The position numbers and the translations under genes were made by a program. This document shows, in pieces, positions 21,812 to 30,976 of a stretch of 64,000 nucleotides of DNA. A model generated the notes under the pieces. The model saw nothing but the letters and a program-made list of their open reading frames with translations, had not been told where the DNA came from and did no database searches. Each line of letters begins with the position of its first letter. The stretch's first letter is position 1. This DNA comes from a virus, in the IMG/VR virus record IMGVR_UViG_3300047557_002442, positions 1 through 64,000 of that record. One strand, written 5' to 3'.

Positions 21812-22246
21812 ATGAGTTATAAAGGGTTTTTTAAGCCTAGAAATCCTAATAAGTATTTAGGCGATCCCACTAACATAGTTTATAGAAGTTTGTGGGAATT
21901 AAAGTTAATGAATCATCTGGATTCTCACCCGGAAATTATAAAATGGGGGAGTGAGGAGCTTATTATCTATTATCGCTCACCAGTAGATAACAAATTGCAC
22001 AGATATTTTCCTGACTTTATAGTTAAAAAGAAAGTTAATGATGTGATTGAAACTTTAGTTATCGAAGTGAAGCCATCGAGTCAAATGGTTGAGCCAAAAA
22101 GACAAAGTAAACCTACACGAAGATATATCAAAGAAGTTATGACATATGGTATCAACCAAGCAAAGTGGAAAGCTGCCCAACGATTCTGTGAAGATCGTCA
22201 GTGGAAGTTTGTTGTTATGAATGAAAAGCACCTGGGAATAGAATAA
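21812..22246 (+). CDS. gp4: Head completion protein gp4 (TnsA-like nuclease fold)
   Basis: YKGFFKPRNPNKYLGDPTNIVYRSLWE; W.SEE..I.Y.SPVD...HRYFPDF; EVKP; NQAKWKAA. Confidence 0.92.
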   Translation: MSYKGFFKPRNPNKYLGDPTNIVYRSLWELKLMNHLDSHPEIIKWGSEELIIYYRSPVDNKLHRYFPDFIVKKKVNDVIETLVIEVKPSSQMVEPKRQSKPTRRYIKEVMTYGINQAKWKAAQRFCEDRQWKFVVMNEKHLGIE

Positions 22247-22857
22247 TGGCACAAATGATTGATGAAAATATATTTTCGAAGTTGCTCCAGCAAGCAGCAG
22301 ATAAAGGTATAGCCACTAAGAATGTGGTTGATGCTAGAAATTGGTTACAGACAAAAGCGTCCTCCAACATCAATACAAAAACCGAATTAGCAAAATTAAA
22401 CGATCGCTACAGAAATCAAATCTTGATTGGTAGAATGTATCTGTTTCACTATGATGCTAAGACTAAAGACAAGCTACCATATTATGATATGTTTCCCCTG
22501 GTCTTTCCATTCCAAAAAGCACCTGGTGGGTTTTATGGAATAAATCTTCACTACCTTCCATATAATTATAGAGCTTTATTGATGGATGGTTTATATACTC
22601 TGATTGTTGATCAGAAAAAAAATGATGAGATGACAAGGCTAAGGTTGTCATATGAAATACTCAACTCAGTAGCTAAGTTGAGATACTATAAACCTTGTGT
22701 CAAACGCTATCTAAATAGTCACGTTAGATCCAAGTTTGTATACATTACACCACAGGAATGGAACATAGCTTTGTTCTTACCATTACAGAAATTCAATAAA
22801 GGAACGGTCCAACAAGTCTATAAAGATAGTGTGGATCAAATTAAAGGTAAAAAATAA
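22246..22857 (+). CDS. gp2: DNA end protector protein gp2
   Basis: GRMYLFHYDAKTKDKLPYYDMFPLV; GFYGINLHYLP; CVKRYL.SHV.S. Confidence 0.9.
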   Translation: MAQMIDENIFSKLLQQAADKGIATKNVVDARNWLQTKASSNINTKTELAKLNDRYRNQILIGRMYLFHYDAKTKDKLPYYDMFPLVFPFQKAPGGFYGINLHYLPYNYRALLMDGLYTLIVDQKKNDEMTRLRLSYEILNSVAKLRYYKPCVKRYLNSHVRSKFVYITPQEWNIALFLPLQKFNKGTVQQVYKDSVDQIKGKK

Positions 22858-23780
22858 TGGCCATATCAGATCAAATTAACGGTATTATATCCAAAGGTAG
22901 AGATACCCTTGGTGCTGTTAATGTTGTTAAAGACTTTTTACCAGAGCCTTTACAAAAGGCATTGGGCGAGTTTATCAATGGCAGAGGAAGTACTGGTCAG
23001 TCAAATCGTAATATAAACGATTTCAAAGCGTTACTCAATAAGTTTCATGGTGTTGCACGTACTAATATGTTTGATGTGCAAATACCAGTTCCACCAATGA
23101 TGCGTGGACAAACCAATATAAACAATAATGAGGTTACGGCTACACAAATCTCATTATTATGTGAGCAGGCAACATTACCTGGCGTATCATTAAATACTGT
23201 GGATATACGTAGATACGGAACTGGTGCTACAGAGAAGAAACCATATTTACCAACATTTGCCGATCAGACATTTATGTTTATAGGTGATAATGTTGGAGCG
23301 GTTCATGGATTCTTTTATAAGTGGATGAATGGTATTATCAAGTATGATGTGAATCCTGGAAACTTGACGCGTACTGGATACAATGGTTCAAGTGCATTCG
23401 AGGTGGAATACAAAAACTCATATGCTGTAGATATTGTTATCACTTGTTATGATGAAGCTGATAATAGTATCATTGTATGTAGGCTGTATAATGCTTTTCC
23501 CATATTCTTAGGTGACGTACAACTTAGTTGGGCTGATAATGACCAGTATATGAGAATACCAGTTACATTCACATACTACAACTGGGATCTAGAGATAGTA
23601 AATATTAATTCTGTACTAGCTAATCCAACAAGTAATTTATCCGCTTTACAGAAGATTATTAAAGCTGGTACAGCAATACAGACAATAGCATCATTGAGAA
23701 GACCAACAGGCGTTGCTGATATGATTAATGTAGTGAACAATGCAAAGATTGCAATAGGTGGTCTTGGCGGTATTTTATAA
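22857..23780 (+). CDS. Tail-tube-fold baseplate protein (gp54-like tube initiator)
   Basis: GVARTNMF.V; LLCEQATLPG; F..WM..I; Y...Y; L.NAFP..LG.V.L.W...D.....VTFTY. Confidence 0.72.
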   Translation: MAISDQINGIISKGRDTLGAVNVVKDFLPEPLQKALGEFINGRGSTGQSNRNINDFKALLNKFHGVARTNMFDVQIPVPPMMRGQTNINNNEVTATQISLLCEQATLPGVSLNTVDIRRYGTGATEKKPYLPTFADQTFMFIGDNVGAVHGFFYKWMNGIIKYDVNPGNLTRTGYNGSSAFEVEYKNSYAVDIVITCYDEADNSIIVCRLYNAFPIFLGDVQLSWADNDQYMRIPVTFTYYNWDLEIVNINSVLANPTSNLSALQKIIKAGTAIQTIASLRRPTGVADMINVVNNAKIAIGGLGGIL

Positions 23781-23796
23781 TTAAGGAGTTTAAATA

Positions 23797-24507
23797 ATGG
23801 CTTTACCAAAGTTATCCCATCCAATTTATGAATTGACTCTTCCATCAACAAAAAAGGTTATTAAGTACAGACCTTTTCTTGTTAAAGAAGAAAAATTGTT
23901 ATTGATGGCACAATCGGGAAACGATTCAAATGAGGTGATCAATTCAATCAAGCAGGTTATCAACAATTGTATTATAAGTGAAGATGTTTCTGTAGATGAT
24001 ATGACATCATTTGATATTGAATATTTCTTTATTAAATTAAGATCTAAGTCGGTTGGTAATGAGATTGAATTAGTATACAGAGATCTTGAGGATGACAAAA
24101 AATATAACGTTGTTGTTGACCTTGATGATGTTGAGATCAAATATAATGAAGCACACAATCCAAAAATTGAAATAACAAAAACAATGGGTATGATAATGAA
24201 ATATCCTTCAGTTGATGCATCAGCATCATTAATTAATGCTGAGTCTGATAATGAGGTTATCTTTGATATTATAGCCGAAAGTATACAAGAAATCTATGAT
24301 GAGAATGGTGTATATGATCCAAAAGATTCAACAAAAGAGGAACTAGGTGAATTTGTTTCCAATCTGAGTATTGAAGTATTTCAAAAAGTACAAGAATTCT
24401 TCACTACGATGCCTAAGTTACACTATGAAGTAAAATATACGAATAGCTTAGATAAAGAAAAGACAGTTACATTAACTACCTTAAATGATTTTTTTACGTT
24501 GGGCTGA
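23797..24507 (+). CDS. gp26: Baseplate hub assembly protein gp26
   Basis: MALPKL..PIYELTLPST.K.IKYRPFLVKEEKLLL; FDIEYFFIKLRSKSVG; FFTTMPKL; ends L.DFF. Confidence 0.9.
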   Translation: MALPKLSHPIYELTLPSTKKVIKYRPFLVKEEKLLLMAQSGNDSNEVINSIKQVINNCIISEDVSVDDMTSFDIEYFFIKLRSKSVGNEIELVYRDLEDDKKYNVVVDLDDVEIKYNEAHNPKIEITKTMGMIMKYPSVDASASLINAESDNEVIFDIIAESIQEIYDENGVYDPKDSTKEELGEFVSNLSIEVFQKVQEFFTTMPKLHYEVKYTNSLDKEKTVTLTTLNDFFTLG

Positions 24508-24674
24508 GTCACTCATCTATAGTTAATTACTATACGATTAACTTCAGCCTGGCTCAGCATCACAAGTGGTCAATAACAGAGATAGAAGATATGTTGCCGT
24601 TTGAGAGAGATCTTTATGTTGATATGCTAAGAGATTACCTCGAAAAAGAACAAGAAAGATTAAGAAATGGCTAA
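24489..24674 (+). CDS. gp51: gp51-like baseplate assembly catalyst, probably expressed by -1 frameshift from gp26
   Basis: Not in the ORF track. Frame reads FFYVGLSHSSIVNYYTINFSLAQHHKWSITEIEDMLPFERDLYVDMLRDYLEKEQERLRNG*. No ATG precedes the conserved part. Confidence 0.8.
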   Translation, partial: FFYVGLSHSSIVNYYTINFSLAQHHKWSITEIEDMLPFERDLYVDMLRDYLEKEQERLRNG

Positions 24675-26337
24675 TTTACCTTTCCTACCTGAACAAGGGG
24701 AAAGTTTAGATCTAAAGTCTGGAAGATTTAGATCCCAAAAAACTGGACGATATACTCGACGTGTAGACCTCGAGGTTATCGTTGCGGCTATCAAAGACAC
24801 ACTCAAGAGTGTTGTGTCTATTGACCAAAAGATGACTGAGCTTGTTAAGTCAGCTGAACTCATCAACACCAATATTGTATCACTCGGTGATTTAGTTAAT
24901 CCTCGGTCAAAAAGACAAAAGCCTCCTGTTGACGCTGCTCAAGAAAAGCGCGAAGCCATTTCATCAGTAAAAGAAAAAACCAAAAAAGCTGGTTTTTCTA
25001 TTATGGGATTGGTTGCGTTAATAGCTCTCTTGAAAAATGATAAACTGATGGCAATCGTAAAGGGTTTCTTTACTGGTTTTTTAGAGGGATTGGGGTTTGG
25101 TAAAGAGGCAATAGAAAAAATTAAATTTTGGGTAGGCTTTGCTGTTAATGCCTTCAAGGTTTATCTGGGATTCAAAGTATTCAAGCAGGTCTATGACGCC
25201 TTCATGGCTATGAAGCGTCTTGGGGAGCTGATGGGTATCCTTGGACAAAAGACCCAAACCGAAAGTGGATTAGTTGCTCAGCGAGAGGTAGTTGCAAGAA
25301 CAAAAGAAACTCTTGCACAAAGAGCCACAAAAATGAAGGACGCTTTCAAAGCTGCTGCAGAAAAGGCACAGGCTAGAGTAAAATCGATTACGAAAGTACT
25401 AACAAACAAGAACGAGTTAATTAAACTTAAAAACAAAGCTATAGCTTCAACAAAAGCCACTCTTACAAAGTCTATTAACACAATTAAACAAAAGTTTTCC
25501 AATTTTAAAAAGTTGATAATGAATGGTATTAAGCTGATTAGGAGTGCTGTAAAAATAACTACTCTTGCTGCATCATTACCATCATTTGGTCTCTCCCTGT
25601 TGATTGGTGCTGCTGTAGATGCTGTATTAATGACGGCACTCGATTATTTCATGGCAGATGAGGGAGCAAAGCCGGATGGTGCAGGGATGCTTGGAAACCT
25701 TGCCAAGAATTTCGTGGAGTCAATAACGTTTGGATTTGTAAAGGGCGATAAACTTAAGGAGATGGTTATTGCTGGAGCTAAGAAGTTATTCAGTTGGTTC
25801 CAGAAAGCATGGGATTGGTTTGGTAGTAGTGACAAAAAAACAGAATCAACAAAATCTATGGGTGCAAAGGTAGAAGCCAAAACTTCTCCAGCAGTCGGAC
25901 AAGCTACACTATCTTCAAAAGAAGTTGGGGTTTCTGGTTTACCAGGAGTACAGCAAGCTGGAAAACCAAATGCTGTTCCTGGTGCTGCTAGTTCGTCTAG
26001 TATGTCTTCAGCCACTTCTACAGGATCGTCTGCTGGTGCTGCTGCTGGCTCATCTGGTATGTCTTCAGCTACTTCTACAGGATCATCTAGTAGATCTTCT
26101 TCGTCTGGGAATGTGTCAAGTGCGCAGCTAGAACCATCAACATCTCTTTCAGAAGTCGGTATTAGCTCATTATCTGAGCGCGTAACAATGGATAAGAAAC
26201 TAGCTATGCAATCAGCAGCTATGAATAATCAAGTTATTGTGAATAACAGTAATGTTACGAATGTTATGGGGAATGCCCAGACACCAAATGCTAAAACACC
26301 TTCAATGGTTATCTATTCAGATACAGTAGGATTCTAA
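24667..26337 (+). CDS. Tape-measure-region protein (helical, hydrophobic segments, Ser-rich tail)
   Basis: Position after gp26/gp51; Lys/Ala-rich helical composition; C-terminal VIVNNSNVTNV. Confidence 0.5.
   Translation: MANLPFLPEQGESLDLKSGRFRSQKTGRYTRRVDLEVIVAAIKDTLKSVVSIDQKMTELVKSAELINTNIVSLGDLVNPRSKRQKPPVDAAQEKREAISSVKEKTKKAGFSIMGLVALIALLKNDKLMAIVKGFFTGFLEGLGFGKEAIEKIKFWVGFAVNAFKVYLGFKVFKQVYDAFMAMKRLGELMGILGQKTQTESGLVAQREVVARTKETLAQRATKMKDAFKAAAEKAQARVKSITKVLTNKNELIKLKNKAIASTKATLTKSINTIKQKFSNFKKLIMNGIKLIRSAVKITTLAASLPSFGLSLLIGAAVDAVLMTALDYFMADEGAKPDGAGMLGNLAKNFVESITFGFVKGDKLKEMVIAGAKKLFSWFQKAWDWFGSSDKKTESTKSMGAKVEAKTSPAVGQATLSSKEVGVSGLPGVQQAGKPNAVPGAASSSSMSSATSTGSSAGAAAGSSGMSSATSTGSSSRSSSSGNVSSAQLEPSTSLSEVGISSLSERVTMDKKLAMQSAAMNNQVIVNNSNVTNVMGNAQTPNAKTPSMVIYSDTVGF
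25993..26088 (+). repeat. 39-nt in-frame direct repeat (25993-26031 and 26050-26088) encoding SS(S/G)MSSATSTGSS
   Basis: tcgtctagtatgtcttcagccacttctacaggatcgtct versus tcatctggtatgtcttcagctacttctacaggatcatct (4 mismatches). Confidence 0.85.
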
Positions 26338-26338
26338 T

Positions 26339-28297
26339 ATGGATGAAAAGAAATCAATTTTTGACTCGATAAAAAGTATGTTTACATCAAGAAAAACTCT
26401 TGGTATGTCTGACGAGTCCTCTCAAGAACCTGCTCAACAAGAAGCTGCAGCAGAATCTAAGGATAACATCCAAAACATTGACTTTGATGTAGTGAAACAA
26501 TCCTTTACAAATATCGAAACTTCTCTTGATAAACTCTCGGAAATTTTTGAAGGCATCAATAAAACTTTAGAATCTTTAGTGGTTCAACAAGACAGGGAAA
26601 AGTATACCGAAGAAGAGGCTGCTTTGGAGAATAGAGAAATGGCTCCTCCAGGTGAGGAACCTGTAGCTGAAAGAGAAGAAGCGCCATCCTTTTTTGATAG
26701 TCTCAAGAGTCTGTTTATGAACCCAGCAGTTATTGCCGCACTTGCTGGGATTGTTTATACTGTTTTACCTAAAGAAGTACAGGAAAAAATTAAAGGAGTG
26801 TTGGGTGGCTTTGCTAATGGTCTTAATGAGTCGACTGATGGGTTTTCGGAATTGTCAGCAACAACGAAATTGGTTGGTGTTGGTCTTCTAACTTATTTTG
26901 GAGCCAAGTTTTTAAGTAGTATAGCTAATGCTGCATCTACAGTTCTGAGTATGATTCGTGGCTTTGGCCGCATGGGTAAATTTGGTAAATTAGCTGTTGT
27001 TGGTACTGCTGCCGTTGTTGGTGGTAAGATGTTGTTTGGTGATGATTCTTCAAAAGAGGAACAACCAGAGATAGAAAAGGAAGAAGAGACTAAGGACCTT
27101 GAAAGTAAGACGGTTGAAAAGACAGAGACCGAAAAGGAAACCACAGAATCCACCTCAACAGCACAAGCTTCCACCACAGCCACTACTTCTTCTACTACCT
27201 CATCCACAACAAGCGAGACTGCTACTGAAACTACTAAAGTAGAAGAAAAACCAGCACCTACGTCAACCGATATGAAACAGGCTGAACCAGCTAAGCCGCC
27301 ATCCCGTCAAGAACGTATTCAAATGGCTACAGCAGCTCCATCAGCTACACCGGCAGCAAGTTCTGGAACATCTACACCATCAGCTCCACCAGCTACCGAA
27401 TCAAAACCTACCGTAGCCGCAGCTCCTGCATCTGCACAGTTACCTGGTAAATCTGCTACAGGTGATAAAAAAGCTGCCCCTGTAAAGGCAGAGTCGCCGA
27501 AGAGAGGTCCCGGTTTCCAAGCCGGTGTTTCTGCAATGAAGCAGGCTATCCAAAAAGAAGGTATAACGAATCCAGAAGCTGTTGCCCAGATTCTTGCTCA
27601 GACAGCTCATGAGTCAGGTGGGTTTAAGTACACAGAAGAACTAGCTAGTGGTCAGAACTATGAAGGTAGAAAAGATCTTGGCAACAATGAGCCAGGGGAT
27701 GGTGTGAGATATAAGGGTAGGGGGTTTCTGCAGGTTACAGGTAAATCTAACTATGCTGCGATATCCAAGGATCTTGGTGTTGATTTTGTCAAGAATCCTT
27801 CTATGCTTGCCGATCCAAAATATGCTGCTGAATCTGCACTTTGGTTCTTCAAGAGACCTTACAATGCCCGAAGAATTAAGGATTGGGGTGACACAAAGGC
27901 CGTCACAAAGGTAGTTAATGGAGGTTACAATGGTCTGGCTGAACGTGAGCAATACTTTGCTCAGTTTTCGTCCGATCCATCCATTACACAAGCCTCAGCA
28001 GCCGAGCTAACACCTCAGCAACAAGCACAAAAAGTACTTGCACCAAGTCAAACTCCAATGCCCGAATCTACCCCAAGAGCCAGTGCAGGGGCTCAAGTTG
28101 CTTCATTGAGCACAAAAAATGAGGCGCTAGCAACGCCAGCGCCTCAGGCTCCACAGGTATTCAATAACAGCAAAGTTAATAATACCTCAGGTAAGATGCA
28201 ACCTACAGAAAGTAATGATGCACCACAGATTCCAATCCCAATCGCCTCAAGAGGCTCATTGACAGCGGATGTACATCACGCTACTCACTATGCTTAA
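26339..28297 (+). CDS. Tape-measure-region protein with GH19 (chitinase/lysozyme-like) domain
   Basis: LAQTAHESGGFKYTEE..YEGRKDLGN.EPGDG.RYKGRGFLQVTGKSNY..SALWFF..TKVVNGGYNGLAER, flanked by Pro/Ala/Thr linkers. Confidence 0.85.
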   Translation: MDEKKSIFDSIKSMFTSRKTLGMSDESSQEPAQQEAAAESKDNIQNIDFDVVKQSFTNIETSLDKLSEIFEGINKTLESLVVQQDREKYTEEEAALENREMAPPGEEPVAEREEAPSFFDSLKSLFMNPAVIAALAGIVYTVLPKEVQEKIKGVLGGFANGLNESTDGFSELSATTKLVGVGLLTYFGAKFLSSIANAASTVLSMIRGFGRMGKFGKLAVVGTAAVVGGKMLFGDDSSKEEQPEIEKEEETKDLESKTVEKTETEKETTESTSTAQASTTATTSSTTSSTTSETATETTKVEEKPAPTSTDMKQAEPAKPPSRQERIQMATAAPSATPAASSGTSTPSAPPATESKPTVAAAPASAQLPGKSATGDKKAAPVKAESPKRGPGFQAGVSAMKQAIQKEGITNPEAVAQILAQTAHESGGFKYTEELASGQNYEGRKDLGNNEPGDGVRYKGRGFLQVTGKSNYAAISKDLGVDFVKNPSMLADPKYAAESALWFFKRPYNARRIKDWGDTKAVTKVVNGGYNGLAEREQYFAQFSSDPSITQASAAELTPQQQAQKVLAPSQTPMPESTPRASAGAQVASLSTKNEALATPAPQAPQVFNNSKVNNTSGKMQPTESNDAPQIPIPIASRGSLTADVHHATHYA

Positions 28298-29220
28298 TCT
28301 TCCTCAGCTAATCGCTTAAAGAAGTCAGCATCATCATCGTCCTCAGTCACAGCTGGAATTGATGGTGCTGGTTTAGTCTTAGCTACTGGTGGAGGTGTAA
28401 ACTCTTCAGCATCATCCCATGGTGGGGAACTTTCAGCTGTTGTAACAGGTCTTGACACTACTGCTCCATCTAAACCTAACACACGGTACAACTTAGCTTT
28501 CAATTCATCATATGACTTAAAGTTCTTTGGATCAACAAACTCTTGTAAAGAGTGTTCTTGCTTCCAGATTGATTCCAACTGACCATCATCATCAGACAGT
28601 GGTGCTGGTGCATCAAATGAGGATTGATCATAGTTACGATATCCTTCTACATTACGAATCTTCAACTTGAAGTTAGCACCTTCCCATAGATCAAATGGGT
28701 TGATTGGTGCTTCATCAGGAAACTGAGGATTCATTGCATCGTTAAGTTTATCAAAGATCTTCTTACCATACTTGAACAAGAATACTTTACCCTCATTCTG
28801 TGGGTTAGCAGTATCTTTAACAACATAGATGTTAGAGATGAATGTTAAACGACGTTTCTGATCCCGTACTTGTTTGCGCTGAGGGGAATTGTCATCTGTT
28901 GTGGAATTCCATAACTGAGTATTGTACTCAGAAACTGGATCTTGCTGACCTAGCGTTGTCAAAGACTTCTCGATATACCATTGTCCATTTAGACCCTTGA
29001 AGCCATGGTCCCAAACACGAACAAACGGAACATCTTCGTTGGTTGGTGCTGGTAAGAAACGGATAACAGCAAAGCCATTGCCTGCTTTATCTACTTCTGG
29101 TTTCCAAAATTTATCGTCGTCTCGGGAATCTGGTGCTACGGAACTTAGCTTTGATACTTCGCTAGTTAGTTTGGTTAGTTGTTCACTACGGTTACGTTTT
29201 AACTGATTAAAATCAGACAT
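28294..29220 (-). CDS. gp32: Single-stranded DNA binding protein gp32
   Basis: FWKPEVDKAGNGFAVIRFLPAP; HGFKG..GQWYIEKSLTTLG..DPV; NEGKVFLFKYGKKIFDK; acidic tail. Confidence 0.96.
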   Translation of the reverse strand: MSDFNQLKRNRSEQLTKLTSEVSKLSSVAPDSRDDDKFWKPEVDKAGNGFAVIRFLPAPTNEDVPFVRVWDHGFKGLNGQWYIEKSLTTLGQQDPVSEYNTQLWNSTTDDNSPQRKQVRDQKRRLTFISNIYVVKDTANPQNEGKVFLFKYGKKIFDKLNDAMNPQFPDEAPINPFDLWEGANFKLKIRNVEGYRNYDQSSFDAPAPLSDDDGQLESIWKQEHSLQEFVDPKNFKSYDELKAKLYRVLGLDGAVVSRPVTTAESSPPWDDAEEFTPPPVAKTKPAPSIPAVTEDDDDADFFKRLAEED

Positions 29221-29307
29221 TGTATGCTCCTTATATGCGTTGTATAGTTTGTATATGCTTTGTATTAATCACGTACTACTCATGATATAATAGTATTTAT
29301 CATACAC

Positions 29308-29886
29308 TCAATCTGAGAATTTGTCAACAACAATTTGTTTCAGTCTTGTCTTGTCAAACTCAATGAATGGCCGATATTTCTTACATTTCAGATAAAGTTC
29401 AGGCCAAACTACTTTATCCTCAATCTTTCTATTCCACATTGGCATAAACCCAATCAAATCATTGAGTATAATCATGGTCTCAATGTTAATTTGACCTCTC
29501 ATATACTTCTTCAACAACTCAGGGTGCTGTCCATCCACTACCTTAAAGTTATCGTTAAATGATGAGTTGAGTTTATCCAAATCCTCGGAAAATTGGTAGG
29601 TTATTGACTCTTTATATTTCAGATACTTACGGTAATGTGCTTCACACGTTTCATTCTGAATAATGTCTCCTACCCAGACATCACTATTGGAAACAAAGTT
29701 CGCTACTAGGTATCCAAGGACATCTTTACGTTTTGACAGCTTGTGAAAAAAGTATCTGTCATGTCTCTTTTCAAAAGACTCCTTGGATGCCTTAATGCTA
29801 CCATTGTATTTGAAAAAGTCATAAGTCTTGGTCGTGAAGTGATTCTTCAGACTTACATATAACTTGTATGCATCAAATGCGTCCAT
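29308..29886 (-). CDS. gp59: Helicase loader gp59
   Basis: AYKLYVSLKNHF...YDFFKYNG..KA..SFEKR.DRYFF.KL; I.IET..IL. Confidence 0.92.
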   Translation of the reverse strand: MDAFDAYKLYVSLKNHFTTKTYDFFKYNGSIKASKESFEKRHDRYFFHKLSKRKDVLGYLVANFVSNSDVWVGDIIQNETCEAHYRKYLKYKESITYQFSEDLDKLNSSFNDNFKVVDGQHPELLKKYMRGQINIETMIILNDLIGFMPMWNRKIEDKVVWPELYLKCKKYRPFIEFDKTRLKQIVVDKFSD

Positions 29887-30430
29887 TTTTAAAGAAAAGG
29901 CTCTGCTCACGAATATAACGCTCTCTCATAGTTGAAACTGCTCTAACTTGATTCAATGTAAATGGCATGGGTGTAAACCCGTTCTTTTCCATAACATTCA
30001 ACCAATATGGAGCATGTTGACAATTCACATGATGATGTCCTGGCTGACCAGGTAATGCATGTGTCATAATAACATACTTACATTGTTTCATTACATCAAT
30101 AAAGTTCTGCATGTATTTTGCATCTACGTGCTCAACAAACTCTACTGTCCAAGCAAGATCATATATCTTACCTAAATCATATGGTCCTTTGGTAAAGTCA
30201 TGAATAACAATATGGTCCTTCAACGACTCCGGACGATCCACTTCAAAGTCCCCATCGATCCCTAATACGTCAAGACCTTTTTTCAACATAAGCTCAACCA
30301 TACCACCTGGACCACAGCCTATATCCACAACAGACTTGATACCAAGGTTATTAATCAGGTATGTTAAAGCACCATCATCTAAGTGGGTTTCATTTTCATG
30401 ACCACCCAAGTGTCCTGGTAAATCACTCAT
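29873..30430 (-). CDS. Class I SAM-dependent methyltransferase
   Basis: VVDIGCGPG motif I; GIDG; WTVEFVEHV; HALPGQPGHHHVNCQ..YW. Confidence 0.85.
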   Translation of the reverse strand: MSDLPGHLGGHENETHLDDGALTYLINNLGIKSVVDIGCGPGGMVELMLKKGLDVLGIDGDFEVDRPESLKDHIVIHDFTKGPYDLGKIYDLAWTVEFVEHVDAKYMQNFIDVMKQCKYVIMTHALPGQPGHHHVNCQHAPYWLNVMEKNGFTPMPFTLNQVRAVSTMRERYIREQSLFFKNGRI

Positions 30431-30674
30431 ACATCAATTTCCTCGTCTTTGGTAAATAATTTAATTGTTCAGCATCTTGCTGAATCTTCGCCTTCAATTT
30501 GATACTAGACTTAATGATAGATGCAGCAGACTCAATCTCAAGACCAGTAGTCTCACAGAAATAAATTACTGCATCCATATAAGTAAGTTGTTTTGTTTCA
30601 ACCAACTTTTCAATTTCAATCATGAATTCACTTGCTGACATAACCGCCAGCTGTTCAATTAGTTGCTCGTTCAT
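30423..30674 (-). CDS. gp33: Late transcription coactivator gp33
   Basis: F..EIEKLV.....YMDAVIYFCE...LEIES....I...LK.KI..DA..LNYLPK; adjacent to gp59/gp32. Confidence 0.88.
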   Translation of the reverse strand: MNEQLIEQLAVMSASEFMIEIEKLVETKQLTYMDAVIYFCETTGLEIESAASIIKSSIKLKAKIQQDAEQLNYLPKTRKLMYE

Positions 30675-30976
30675 TTGAACACTATCAATGTGAATAAGCA
30701 TACTTGCGCAAACAATCCTATAGAGTTAATCAAAACATTTATATAATCACGTTGTATGATTGAACGAATCATTAAGATCATCAATCCTACCCAAATGAAT
30801 AATACAACATCTGACGTAGGTACACGATCATTTATACCTGATACTACTGACATTAATGTTGGAATAGTAGATAGATGAAACGCTACTGTTGCAACCCAAC
30901 CCATTGTATCTGTTGATATTTTCTTAACATACTCTTTAATACCAACCCAACTATCTGTAAAAAATATGGTGCCCAA
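30671..30976 (-). CDS. Small multi-TM membrane protein
   Basis: Three hydrophobic segments. Likely TTG start at 30976 after AAAGGA; the track start overlaps the upstream gene by ~170 nt. Confidence 0.6.
   Translation of the reverse strand: MGTIFFTDSWVGIKEYVKKISTDTMGWVATVAFHLSTIPTLMSVVSGINDRVPTSDVVLFIWVGLMILMIRSIIQRDYINVLINSIGLFAQVCLFTLIVFK

Noticed and set aside
29268-29296. T4-like gene 32 pseudoknot
   Set aside because: The two candidate stems (UACUAUU/AGUAGUA and UCAUG/CGUGA) leave no connecting loop, so they are alternative hairpins at best.
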